Assembly: GCA_963817955.1 (NCBI GenBank)
Contig: CAWFQK010000001.1
Coordinates: 448,001 to 512,000 of the forward strand
Direction of reading: 5' to 3'
DNA length: 64,000 nt
DNA from: an uncultured Gemmatimonadaceae bacterium
GTDB taxonomy: Bacteria > Gemmatimonadota > Gemmatimonadetes > Gemmatimonadales > Gemmatimonadaceae
Part shown: piece after piece, positions 37,370 to 46,323 of the stretch
Layout of the letters: each line of letters begins with the position of its first letter
Numbering within the stretch: position 1 is the first letter of the stretch
Position numbers and translations under genes: made by a program
Notes under the pieces: generated by a model
Database searches by the model: none
Told to the model about the DNA's origin: nothing
Seen by the model: only the letters and a program-made list of their open reading frames with translations

Positions 37370-38713
37370 ATGATGGTCCCGCGCGCGGCCAACCGCTACG
37401 ACACGTCGTCGCCCAAGCTCGACGTCATGCTCCGTGATGTGCCGACCGGCACGGTGGGGGAGTCCGACGCGAGCGTGTGGTTTCTGTACGACGACGCGAT
37501 TGTCCGCTCGGACTCCGGCGATCGGTTGAGCGCGCAGGCGATCTCCGTGCGGATGCCAGTGGCAGCCGCGCCATACGATCACGCGGCAACCCTCGTGTTC
37601 TTCGACAACCTTCTGCTCGAGTCCGACACTCGGTCGGAACTCGCCCAGCTCGATGGGCGCGACGCCTCCGATGTGGCCGGCCTGCTCGGCCGCGTGGGGG
37701 CCGAGTGCGCCGGCGCCGTGTCCCTTTGGCCTCACGACGCGCCGAGTGCGGCGCGCTCCTATCGCGAACTCTCGATCGCGGAGGTCGAAGCGCTGTTCGA
37801 TGAACGTCATGGGGAACGTTTCTCCCAAGCGCTCCTCGAAAGCCAGCAGGTCATGAGCGGCGCGCAACGGAAGCTCGTGCTTCGTCGCCACGGCGACACA
37901 TGGGCGCTCCCGTTGCACGGCGCACCGAGCACCCATCTCATCAAACGCTCGAGTGGACGCTACGATGGCCTCGTGGCCAACGAACTCGCGTGCCTGCGGC
38001 TCGCGAACACACTGGGACTGACAGTGCCAGAGGCGTGGAGCGCGGGCACCGTGACAACGTGGCCGGACGGCACGGCGGAACCACGCCTGATCGCCGTCAC
38101 CCGATTCGACCGTGTGGTGCACGTGGACGGGCCAATCACGCGACTCCATCAGGAAGACCTCTGTCAGATCACTGGTCGGCGGCCCAGCTCCAAGTACCAA
38201 GCGACCGGGGGACCAACCCTCCGTGATCTCGCCACAACGATCCGCCGCTACAGCGTGTCGCCGGACACCGACCTTCAGGCCGCACTCACCATGGCCGTCG
38301 CCAATGTGTGCCTCGGCAACGGCGACGCGCATGGTAAGAACTTCGCTCTCCTCTCAAACGCGGACGGTGGGCGTCGACTCGCCCCGTTTTACGACGTCGT
38401 TTCCACCGACGTCTACGCGGCGCTCAGTCCGACCTTCGCGATGACGTTCGGCCATGCGGTGCGCGCCACCGAGTTGAGTGCGAGCGATCTCGCACGCGTC
38501 GCTCGCGACTTTGGCGTAAGCCCGTCTCTCGTCCGAACGACCGTCCAGTCAGTCACCACGACGTTGCCGGCGGAGCTGGACAACGTACTCGATGGGGTAG
38601 AAAAGGAAGTCGGCGTGGCGACACCGGTGCTCCAACGCCTCAGCGCACTCGTGCGCGCGCGCACCGCGCAGATGGAAGGGCTACTCGTACGTGACAAGAA
38701 GGGCCACGGCTGA
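37370..38713 (+). CDS. hipA: HipA-family kinase toxin, intact copy 2
   Basis: FFDNLLLES, MSGAQRK, RLHQEDLCQ, GNGDAHGKNF, LAPFYD. Confidence 0.9.
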   Translation: MMVPRAANRYDTSSPKLDVMLRDVPTGTVGESDASVWFLYDDAIVRSDSGDRLSAQAISVRMPVAAAPYDHAATLVFFDNLLLESDTRSELAQLDGRDASDVAGLLGRVGAECAGAVSLWPHDAPSAARSYRELSIAEVEALFDERHGERFSQALLESQQVMSGAQRKLVLRRHGDTWALPLHGAPSTHLIKRSSGRYDGLVANELACLRLANTLGLTVPEAWSAGTVTTWPDGTAEPRLIAVTRFDRVVHVDGPITRLHQEDLCQITGRRPSSKYQATGGPTLRDLATTIRRYSVSPDTDLQAALTMAVANVCLGNGDAHGKNFALLSNADGGRRLAPFYDVVSTDVYAALSPTFAMTFGHAVRATELSASDLARVARDFGVSPSLVRTTVQSVTTTLPAELDNVLDGVEKEVGVATPVLQRLSALVRARTAQMEGLLVRDKKGHG

Positions 38714-38889
38714 GCTGTCCGACAGCACGAGCATACCGACCCCTGCCGGGAGCAGCATCACCCTTGTGTTTTAGAGGAAAACACAGCCTAATTATTATAG
38801 GAAAAGACAGCATAAATATTAGAGTGAAAGGCAGCGTCGCCTTGGACTAGGCGACTACACTCCCAATCCCGCCCAGACTCGTCAGATCA

Positions 38890-40485
38890 ATGCCGTCCAA
38901 GTCGACAAAAACCCCTCTCGATCGAGCCCGCGCCTGGTGGAGAACCCGGGTAGACGCGGACCAATACGTCGTGGATCCGAGCGAGAGCCCGAACGCAGCG
39001 ATTACCAAGCTCCTTCGGTCAGAACGGCTGGTCCTCGAGGTCGCCGGTCGGCGGGTCTGGATTCTCACGACCCCGAACCGGGTGGACGACCGCGCGGTAT
39101 TCCTCGCGAACTATTGGCCGGTTCTGGCGCACGCGCTTCATCGCTATCTGCCCGCTGCGGTCGTCGGCATTGACGCCGTCCGCTTACATCTCGATGACTT
39201 CACGATCCCCACCGAGGTGACCGCCTGGCATCGGGCGAACGCGAGCACGTACGATCTGGAACTCACGACGGAGTTCACGCTCCGACTCCGTCCTGAACTG
39301 CCAGAGTCCGATCCGGCGAGTACGATCACCAAAATCGCTGCGCCCGGTGGCGCGCAGATACCCGTTCTCGCGCCTGCCCCCCTTCTCCTGACACTCACGG
39401 AGCCGGAGATCGCGCGCGGTATCGAATCGGTGACAGCCTGGATCCGTCACCTTGTCCTGCCGCAACCCCAGTTGGATGCCTCCATCGAGGCCGCTCCACG
39501 CCCCGTAGTCCTCCAGCGTATCGCCGACATTGCGAGCGATGCAGGAAACCCCAGTCTCTCGCGGCAGCTCGATCAGGCCGCCAAGCGGGTCTCCTCGACG
39601 CGGGTGACGCCGTCCCGTACCGGGGTTGGCGGCCGCATCGTCGTGCCAGCTGTGGTGCAGGAGCTCGCCCGCGGCACCGGCACATCGTGGACCGACGAGC
39701 AACAGATGAGGCTTGCCCGCGAGAACACGGAGATCGCCACCGCCCTCGCGCCGTATCTCGAAGGTCTGCCGAAACTCACCCTGCGGCAGCTGCTAGCGCA
39801 CGCCCAGCAGGCGAAGGCCTACGACGCATACCACAGCACCACGCTCGAAGGCTATCGCATCACCAAGGAACTTTCTGACGCGATCGTCGCCGGTGAACCT
39901 CTGCCCGACGGACCGCAGGACGAGGAAACGCTGCGCGCCGCAATGGCGGTCCAGGGCTACTCTCATGCCTTTGACGCGGTCCTGACGCTCGCTCGCTCGG
40001 ACGAGCCGATCACGCGCGCCACTATCCTCGATCTGTACGAAGCCCTCTTCCGGCCATCCGTCGATGCTGGGCGGGTCGAGGCGCACATGCTCCGCGGATG
40101 GCGCACGTCGGGCGTCTCGCTGCGCGGGTATCGTCACACGCCGCCGAGTCCCCGCAAGCTCCACGACCTTCTCGTCGGCCTCGAGCAGGACGCCGCCGTC
40201 CCGACCGATCCACCGGCCGTGCGCGCCCTCGTGCTACATCTTGAATTCGTCACGATCCACCCGTTCCTCGATGGCAACGGCCGTCTCGGGCGGTTGCTCA
40301 TGAACCTCGAACTGCTCCGATCCGGGTTGCCATGGATCACGGTGCGGTCGGACGAGCGCATTCCATTCTTCAAGTCTATCGAGCGCGCCCAAGTGGACTA
40401 CGACGTAGCGCCATTCGCGAAATTCCTCGGGAACCTCATGAAGACAGTAGCTGAGGACGCGAAGCCGCGCGGTCGGCGGCGTTAA
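38890..40485 (+). CDS. Fic-domain protein with a long uncharacterised N-terminal region
   Basis: AYHSTTLEGY and HPFLDGNGRLGR in the C-terminal half. Confidence 0.85.
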   Translation: MPSKSTKTPLDRARAWWRTRVDADQYVVDPSESPNAAITKLLRSERLVLEVAGRRVWILTTPNRVDDRAVFLANYWPVLAHALHRYLPAAVVGIDAVRLHLDDFTIPTEVTAWHRANASTYDLELTTEFTLRLRPELPESDPASTITKIAAPGGAQIPVLAPAPLLLTLTEPEIARGIESVTAWIRHLVLPQPQLDASIEAAPRPVVLQRIADIASDAGNPSLSRQLDQAAKRVSSTRVTPSRTGVGGRIVVPAVVQELARGTGTSWTDEQQMRLARENTEIATALAPYLEGLPKLTLRQLLAHAQQAKAYDAYHSTTLEGYRITKELSDAIVAGEPLPDGPQDEETLRAAMAVQGYSHAFDAVLTLARSDEPITRATILDLYEALFRPSVDAGRVEAHMLRGWRTSGVSLRGYRHTPPSPRKLHDLLVGLEQDAAVPTDPPAVRALVLHLEFVTIHPFLDGNGRLGRLLMNLELLRSGLPWITVRSDERIPFFKSIERAQVDYDVAPFAKFLGNLMKTVAEDAKPRGRRR

Positions 40486-40557
40486 CGGCGCGAACGACGT
40501 CGTCCGCGGTATCGCTCGGCCACGTACCCGAGTGCGACGAGCTTTTCGAGCATCACC

Positions 40558-40615
40558 TTCCAAGAGGCCGGCATTCCGTTCGTCGTGATGGGTGGTCAGG
40601 CCGTGGGGGCACACG
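40558..40615 (+). pseudogene. Short nucleotidyltransferase scar
   Basis: FQEAGIPFVVMGGQAVGAH resembles EHGVRYLLMGGQAC of the 25879 gene. Confidence 0.45.
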
Positions 40616-40673
40616 CTGGCCGATGGCTCGACCATTCTGGATGACAGGCTTGGCTCAGGATGACAGGCTTCGT

Positions 40674-42701
40674 TCAGGATGACAAGGCTTTGCGTGCCCC
40701 GTGTCCCGTGTCCCGTGTCTCGAGGGGAGCGTCGGGAACTATCTGCGGCCCGGAAATGCGCGATGTGCGAAGTGAGCCGGCTGGCGTCATGTGCACCGCG
40801 GTCGGCTGGTATTCCGGGACAAGCTTCTTGATCATACGCCGCAACTCGGCTTCCGGTTCACGACGCCGAGCGGCTTCGATGAGCTTGTCCACGTAGATGT
40901 CGAGCTCAGTCGACGAGTTGCTGTCACGCGCCTGAAGGATCTTCTCGTGAGTCGTCGGCGTCGCGTCCTCCGGACCAAAGAAGAGTTCCTCGTAGAGCTT
41001 TTCGCCGGGGCGCAAACCGGTGCAGTGGATCTCGATGTCTTCGACCTCGAGACCGGACAGGCGGATGAGATCTTCAGCGAGGTCGGCAATGCGAACCGGC
41101 TCACCCATGTCGAGCACGAACACTTCACCACCCCGTCCAAGCGCCGCGGCTTGCAGCACCAGTTGCACCGCCTCCGGAATGGTCATGAAGTAGCGCCGCA
41201 TGTCCAGATGCGTGATCGTGATCGGCCCACCGGCGGCAATCTGTCTCAAGAATGTGGGGACCACGCTGCCTCGGCTGCCCAGAACGTTCCCGAACCGAAC
41301 GGCCACGTAGGGTCTGCGAGTGCGCTCGGCAACCGAGCACACCGTGCCTTCGGCAATCCGCTTCGTGGCACCCATGATACTCGTGGGGCGAACGGCCTTG
41401 TCAGTCGAGATCAGCACCATGCGCTCGACATTGAATTCGGCACAGAGCTCGGCGACGGTCCGCGTGCCCAACACATTGTTGAGGATCGCCTCGTCGACGC
41501 TCGCCTCCATGAGCGGAACATGCTTGTGCGCCGCGGCGTGGAAGACCGTAAACGGTCTGGACGCCTCGAAAACCGCGCGCAGGCGCACACCGTCACGCAC
41601 ATCCACGATCGCCGGCGTGATCGGAATATCCGGGAAATTGATGCGCAGCTCCTCGATCAGCTCAAAGATCGAGTTCTCTCCCCGGCCGACGACGACCAAT
41701 CGAGCAGGAGCAAGTTGAGCGAGTTGCCGACACAGCTCGCTGCCAATCGAACCACCGGCGCCGGTCACGAGGACCGTCTTGTGCGAAACGAAGCTGCCAA
41801 CCTGGCACGAGTTCGTTTCGATCGGCTCGCGACGCAACAGATCCTCGATCTGGATGGGGCGCAAGGCACTCACGGCCTTCGCGCCTGACAAGATCTCGTA
41901 CATGCCGGGGACGGTGCGATTGCGTACACCGGCGGCGGCAGACCGCTGCATGATGTCGCGTATCACCTTCCCGCGTGCCGACGGCAGCGCGATAATGACC
42001 TCGTCTACCGCTTGCGCCTCAACGACCTCTTCCAGGGTCGAAATCGGGCCGAATACACGGAGTCCATGCAGGTGATGGCCGTGCTTCGTTCGATCGTCGT
42101 CGAGAAAGCCAACCGGCACAAGGCCAAGCTGATGATGGTCGAGAAGCTCTTTGGCGATCATACCACCGGCGTCACCAGCGCCGGCGATCAGCACCGTGCG
42201 CGTCTGGCGTGCAGCCCCGTTGTGTAACGATCGCCCATAGTCCCTTCCCAGGCGAGCGCGCTTGCGTCGCGTCGCAACGCGCAGCAAGAGTCGAGACAGA
42301 GTGACCGCGCCGGCCGTGAGCACGCTGTCCATGAGTAGGACGCCGATCGGCACCCGCTGCTGCACAAAGCCGAGAAGGGGCATTGCGACCAGGCCAACGC
42401 CGAACGAGACGATGATCCCGAGTAGGCAGGCGATCAGCGCTGTTTCCAGATCGGCAACGCTGGCGTACCGCCAAAGGCGACTGTACAGGCCCACACGCCA
42501 GAACAGAACAATCTTCAGTGGAATGGCGATGGCGGCATAGCCGATCGCAACACCAGCCATTGTCGGCCACCATCCAAATCCTTCAAATCGTGCGGTGAAG
42601 GATAGGAGCACGGCCGTTGCAGCCAGCAGCACATCAAGAGCAAGGAAAACCCGGTTTCTCATCGGTACCTGCGATCCATCATTTTGCGCGTCGGCCGCCA
42701 T
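40674..42701 (-). CDS. Membrane NDP-sugar 4,6-dehydratase (CapD/WbpM/PglF-like)
   Basis: IEDLLRRE, TGAGGSIGSEL, HAAAHKHVP, STDKAV, VRFGNVLGSRGSV, RPGEKLYEEL; start uncertain. Confidence 0.92.
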   Translation of the reverse strand: MAADAQNDGSQVPMRNRVFLALDVLLAATAVLLSFTARFEGFGWWPTMAGVAIGYAAIAIPLKIVLFWRVGLYSRLWRYASVADLETALIACLLGIIVSFGVGLVAMPLLGFVQQRVPIGVLLMDSVLTAGAVTLSRLLLRVATRRKRARLGRDYGRSLHNGAARQTRTVLIAGAGDAGGMIAKELLDHHQLGLVPVGFLDDDRTKHGHHLHGLRVFGPISTLEEVVEAQAVDEVIIALPSARGKVIRDIMQRSAAAGVRNRTVPGMYEILSGAKAVSALRPIQIEDLLRREPIETNSCQVGSFVSHKTVLVTGAGGSIGSELCRQLAQLAPARLVVVGRGENSIFELIEELRINFPDIPITPAIVDVRDGVRLRAVFEASRPFTVFHAAAHKHVPLMEASVDEAILNNVLGTRTVAELCAEFNVERMVLISTDKAVRPTSIMGATKRIAEGTVCSVAERTRRPYVAVRFGNVLGSRGSVVPTFLRQIAAGGPITITHLDMRRYFMTIPEAVQLVLQAAALGRGGEVFVLDMGEPVRIADLAEDLIRLSGLEVEDIEIHCTGLRPGEKLYEELFFGPEDATPTTHEKILQARDSNSSTELDIYVDKLIEAARRREPEAELRRMIKKLVPEYQPTAVHMTPAGSLRTSRISGPQIVPDAPLETRDTGHGARKALSS

Positions 42702-43062
42702 GGGGACGTGGCTCTCGACTGTTCGCCACGAAGCCACGTCAACATTGGTGCTTCAATATCTCGACCGCAATGCGAAACGGCCAGCAGAGCCTGGAAAGAT
42801 GAATGGGCGAATTATCAGTACGACCAGGAGCGCGGCGATCTCGAGGGTGCCGCCTGAGCGCGCTCGTTCTCGCGGCGACGCCTGGTGTTGCGCCGGTCAG
42901 CGCACTGGGCTGTGGGTGACTGGGAGTTGCACTCCGACGTCCGGCAGTACGGCAGCAATGATCCACGCGCGAAACGACGGGTCATCGAACGTGAACAAAT
43001 CGCCACCGCGCACAGCGTGTTGCGGTCTTCAATCGTGAGGAGGGCTTTTGACACTCGACTAG

Positions 43063-44396
43063 CAGGTCGCTGAAAAATTGAGGATTGTGACGAAATTGCT
43101 GTCTGTAAACGCAATTCTTGGCTCAGCGGGCCGGTGACCGAGGCGATCGCGGCTCCGCTCTCGACGCTTCGGCGTCGATGCCGGGCCGGAGCCGGGGCGG
43201 TGGAGCGCTTACGTGCATACGCCGACGCGGATGAGCGTGCGGATTCGCACGAGATTGTACGCGGCGTTCGTAAAGGCGAAGATCCAGCCGACCTTCTCGT
43301 GCCCTCGGTGATGCAGTTTCCGCAACCCGCCGATGGTCTTGCCCCAGCCGAACCCTTCTTCGACGAGCTTCCGTTTGACTTGGCTCACCTCGTAGCCGTC
43401 ATGCCGCGTGGTCCGACCATCGACGGCGCTCTCGGGCCGCGTGGCATGGATGTTCTGCGCGACATGCGGCGTGGTGTGGCAGTCACGCACGCCCTCGACG
43501 AACGCCACCGTGTCATAGCCCTTATCCGCACCGAGCGTCCGGCGCTGCGCCCGTGGCTCCAGCGTATTCAGCATCTCCACGCCGGCATCGCGCTCGGCCT
43601 CGTAGGCGGGCGGGCGCACGTCGGTGGCGACAATCAGGCCATGCCGATTGTCCATCAGCACGCTGCCCAGGTGAGCCAACACGCTGGCCGTGCCCTTGCT
43701 CTTCCGGGCCAAGCGCGCGTCCGGGTCGGTCACGGAGGCATGCGTCGCGTTCGAGCGCTTCTCGCCACGAAAGTTCACCGTGGGGTTCTTGGGATCGCCG
43801 TCGGAGGGGGGCGGCGTGGGATCGTCCTTCGGTCGAAAGCTCTTGTGGCTCGCCCACGCCTCGAGCAGCGTCCCGTCGACGGTGAAATGCTCATGCGACA
43901 ACAGGCCGCGCGTGTCGGCCGCCTTCAAGACTTCATTCAAAAACGCGTCCGCGATGTTCCCCGCCATGAGGCGGTCGCGATTCTTCGTGAACACGGTCGG
44001 GACCCAGACCGCGTCATCCGGGTTGAGGCCGACAAACCAGCGGAAGAGCAGATTGTAGTTGAGCTGCTCCATCAACTGGCGCTCGCTGCGAATCGTGTAG
44101 AGGATTTGGAGGAGCAACGCTCGCAGCAGGCGCTCCGGCGGGATCGAGGGGCGGCCCATCGTCGAGTACATCGCCGCAAACCGCGGCGACAGCGCGGCCA
44201 GGATCGGATTCACCAGCGTCTGGATGGTCCGCAGCGGATGGTCGGCCGGAATGCGATCGTCGATCGAGAGAAAACTGAACAGGACCGTCTGCGGGATGTC
44301 CGAACCACGCATGGCAACCACTCGCGCTAGGGATCACCGAATATATGATAGTTTCCTCATAATTACCATGCATATCTCTACTTTTTCAGCAACCTG
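43063..44396 (-). mobile_element. Complete IS5-family insertion sequence
   Basis: Terminal IRs CAGGTCGCTGAAAAA / TTTTTCAGCAACCTG; CTAG duplicated at 43059-43062 and 44397-44400. Confidence 0.92.
43209..44312 (-). CDS. IS5-family DDE transposase
   Basis: PADHPLR, GRPSIPPERLL, FTVDGTL, GADKGYD, RKLVEEGFGW. Confidence 0.95.
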   Translation of the reverse strand: MRGSDIPQTVLFSFLSIDDRIPADHPLRTIQTLVNPILAALSPRFAAMYSTMGRPSIPPERLLRALLLQILYTIRSERQLMEQLNYNLLFRWFVGLNPDDAVWVPTVFTKNRDRLMAGNIADAFLNEVLKAADTRGLLSHEHFTVDGTLLEAWASHKSFRPKDDPTPPPSDGDPKNPTVNFRGEKRSNATHASVTDPDARLARKSKGTASVLAHLGSVLMDNRHGLIVATDVRPPAYEAERDAGVEMLNTLEPRAQRRTLGADKGYDTVAFVEGVRDCHTTPHVAQNIHATRPESAVDGRTTRHDGYEVSQVKRKLVEEGFGWGKTIGGLRKLHHRGHEKVGWIFAFTNAAYNLVRIRTLIRVGVCT

Positions 44397-44456
44397 CTAG
44401 ACTCGCCCAGAGAGAAGCGCCGCCTCACATGTAGCGTTGTCAAGTTGGTTCCTTCG

Positions 44457-44527
44457 TGCGTATTTCGGCCCATCCCGTTCCCTCATTTCGGTCCAAGCCG
44501 TCCACCCATTTCGGTCCAAGCCGTTCA
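44457..44527. mobile_element. Probable isolated IS21-family end
   Basis: Starts TGCG, then three ~23-bp direct repeats (C/T)ATTTCGG(T/C)CCA..CCGT. Confidence 0.5.
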
Positions 44528-44729
44528 GAACTCGGCATCGTCCCAACCTTCGCCTTTGCTGGCGTACTACCGCACAATGCAGTAATCTGAAACCATCGAA
44601 TCGATGACGGGATTCGAGAACGCGCCATTCTTGCCGCGTGCAGTCGTTCTACTCCAGCCGACCATTCCCTATGAAACTGAAGTTGCTCCGACTTGCCATT
44701 GTCGTTCTTGTACCGAACGTCTGCGGCGC

Positions 44730-44864
44730 ATGTATATAGATCCGGGAGCAACCTCGCTGCTCTGGCAGCTCATCGTGTCGGGCATCGTGGGCGTGGGGTT
44801 CACGCTGCGCCACAGTATCACCCGTGTGTGGCGCAAGCTGCGACGTTTCGGGAATGCGGAATAG
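44730..44864 (+). CDS. 44-aa single-TM peptide (YIDPG motif)
   Basis: MYIDPGATSLLWQLIVSGIVGVGF followed by a basic tail; overlaps the methyltransferase start. Confidence 0.65.
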   Translation: MYIDPGATSLLWQLIVSGIVGVGFTLRHSITRVWRKLRRFGNAE

Positions 44865-46323
44865 CAGTCCGGCGCAGAAGCATCCAGATTCATTTCAAGG
44901 TGCGTCGTTTCGGGACCCAGGCGGTACGCTTCGCTTTGTGGACGGTACGCCAGTCCGATTTGTGCGTTCCCCGCATGCCGAGGAGTTACGGGGCTTCCTT
45001 AATTCGGCAACGGCGCGCTCGTGGCGCACTCGCGGCGCACTCGTTGCGAGCACGGAGTTGCATCCCCCCGATCTCGACGTGTACCGAAACGATCCGGGCT
45101 TCACCCAGGCTCTCGGAGCCGAGCGTTGGGGCGGAATATGGCGGCACGAGCGCGTGTTCTTCCCCTCATCGGCCGATGAGTGGTCTCAAGGCATGCTACA
45201 TCGTGCCGGGGCGAGCACGCTCGACCTGGCGCTCGATCTATTGAAGGACGGCCGTGGACTAAAGGACGCGACCCCCGCGAATGTGCTTTTTCGCGGATGC
45301 CAGCCCGTGTTCGTAGACCTTCTTTCGGTCGAGCAACGGGATCCCAAAGACCCACTCTGGCTGCCCTACGCGCAGTTCATTCGCACCTTCGTGCTTCCCC
45401 TGCTCGTGTCTAAGGCCATCGGCTTACCCCTTCGCGCAGTGTTCAGCATTGGCCGGGAGGGAATCCAGCCTGAGGTGGCGCGAGACCTCGTGCCCCTCTC
45501 CAAACGACTGAGAGGGCCTGGGTTGTGGCACGTAACCGTGGCGGCGATGCTAGGCCGCGCGGGGTCGACGCTGGTCGACGGAGCTCCTCCCAAGCGCTCG
45601 GTTCCCCCAGAGCAGACGCAATACGTCCTGAAGCATCTCTTCCAGGGACTGCGAAAGTCGCTCGACGACGTGGGGCCTTCTGGAGATCCACAGTCGTCCT
45701 GGACGGGATACGAGGAGGATCATCACAGCCCCGCCTACTTCGACGCGAAGCGCGCCTTCATCACCTCTGCAGTAGAGGAGGTGCAGCCAAGGACGGTCCT
45801 GGACATCGGGTGCAACACCGGCGAGCTGTCGGTAATCGCAGCGACACGCGGTGCTCAGGTCGTGGCGATCGACAGCGACCCACAGGTGGTCGAGCGGGTC
45901 TTTCGGCGCGCGACAAGCGATGCGCTGAATGTGCTCCCCCTAGTCGTGGACATTGCATCACCAACAGCCGGCCGCGGCTGGATGAATCGGGAGTTGCCGT
46001 CTTTTCTGGATCGGGCGACGGGCGCGTTCGACCAGGTGCTGGCAATGGCGGTAATACACCATCTACTCGCAACGAACGGCATCCCCCTTTCGGACGTAAT
46101 CGATCTGTTCGCCCGGTTGACCCGTCATTCCGTCGCTCTTGAGTTCGTCCCGCCGTCTGATCCCTATTTTCGGCGGCTTGCGAGAGGTCGCGACTACCTC
46201 TACGCAGACCTTTCCAGAGCGACCTTTGAAGAGGCGCTAAAGCGCCGCTTTGAGATTGTTCGATGCGAACCGCTGCCGAGCGGTGAACGAGTGGCTTATG
46301 TGCTCCGGAAGACTGCGACCTGA
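44854..46323 (+). CDS. Class I SAM-dependent methyltransferase (NoeA-like)
   Basis: SFRDPGG, LKDATPANV, VLDIGCNTG, AVIHHL. Confidence 0.8.
   Translation: MRNSSPAQKHPDSFQGASFRDPGGTLRFVDGTPVRFVRSPHAEELRGFLNSATARSWRTRGALVASTELHPPDLDVYRNDPGFTQALGAERWGGIWRHERVFFPSSADEWSQGMLHRAGASTLDLALDLLKDGRGLKDATPANVLFRGCQPVFVDLLSVEQRDPKDPLWLPYAQFIRTFVLPLLVSKAIGLPLRAVFSIGREGIQPEVARDLVPLSKRLRGPGLWHVTVAAMLGRAGSTLVDGAPPKRSVPPEQTQYVLKHLFQGLRKSLDDVGPSGDPQSSWTGYEEDHHSPAYFDAKRAFITSAVEEVQPRTVLDIGCNTGELSVIAATRGAQVVAIDSDPQVVERVFRRATSDALNVLPLVVDIASPTAGRGWMNRELPSFLDRATGAFDQVLAMAVIHHLLATNGIPLSDVIDLFARLTRHSVALEFVPPSDPYFRRLARGRDYLYADLSRATFEEALKRRFEIVRCEPLPSGERVAYVLRKTAT

Noticed and set aside
3300..40600. Prophage, ICE or tRNA-anchored island
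   Set aside because: No integrase, phage structural, relaxase/T4SS or tRNA genes were seen, and no terminal att repeat pair.
43134..44330. 398-aa + strand ORF and other long shadow ORFs (e.g. 1920-2942, 13076-14044, 40791-41888, 60110-61195)
   Set aside because: Antisense or alternative-frame ORFs over clear genes are expected in GC-rich DNA, and these carry no motifs.
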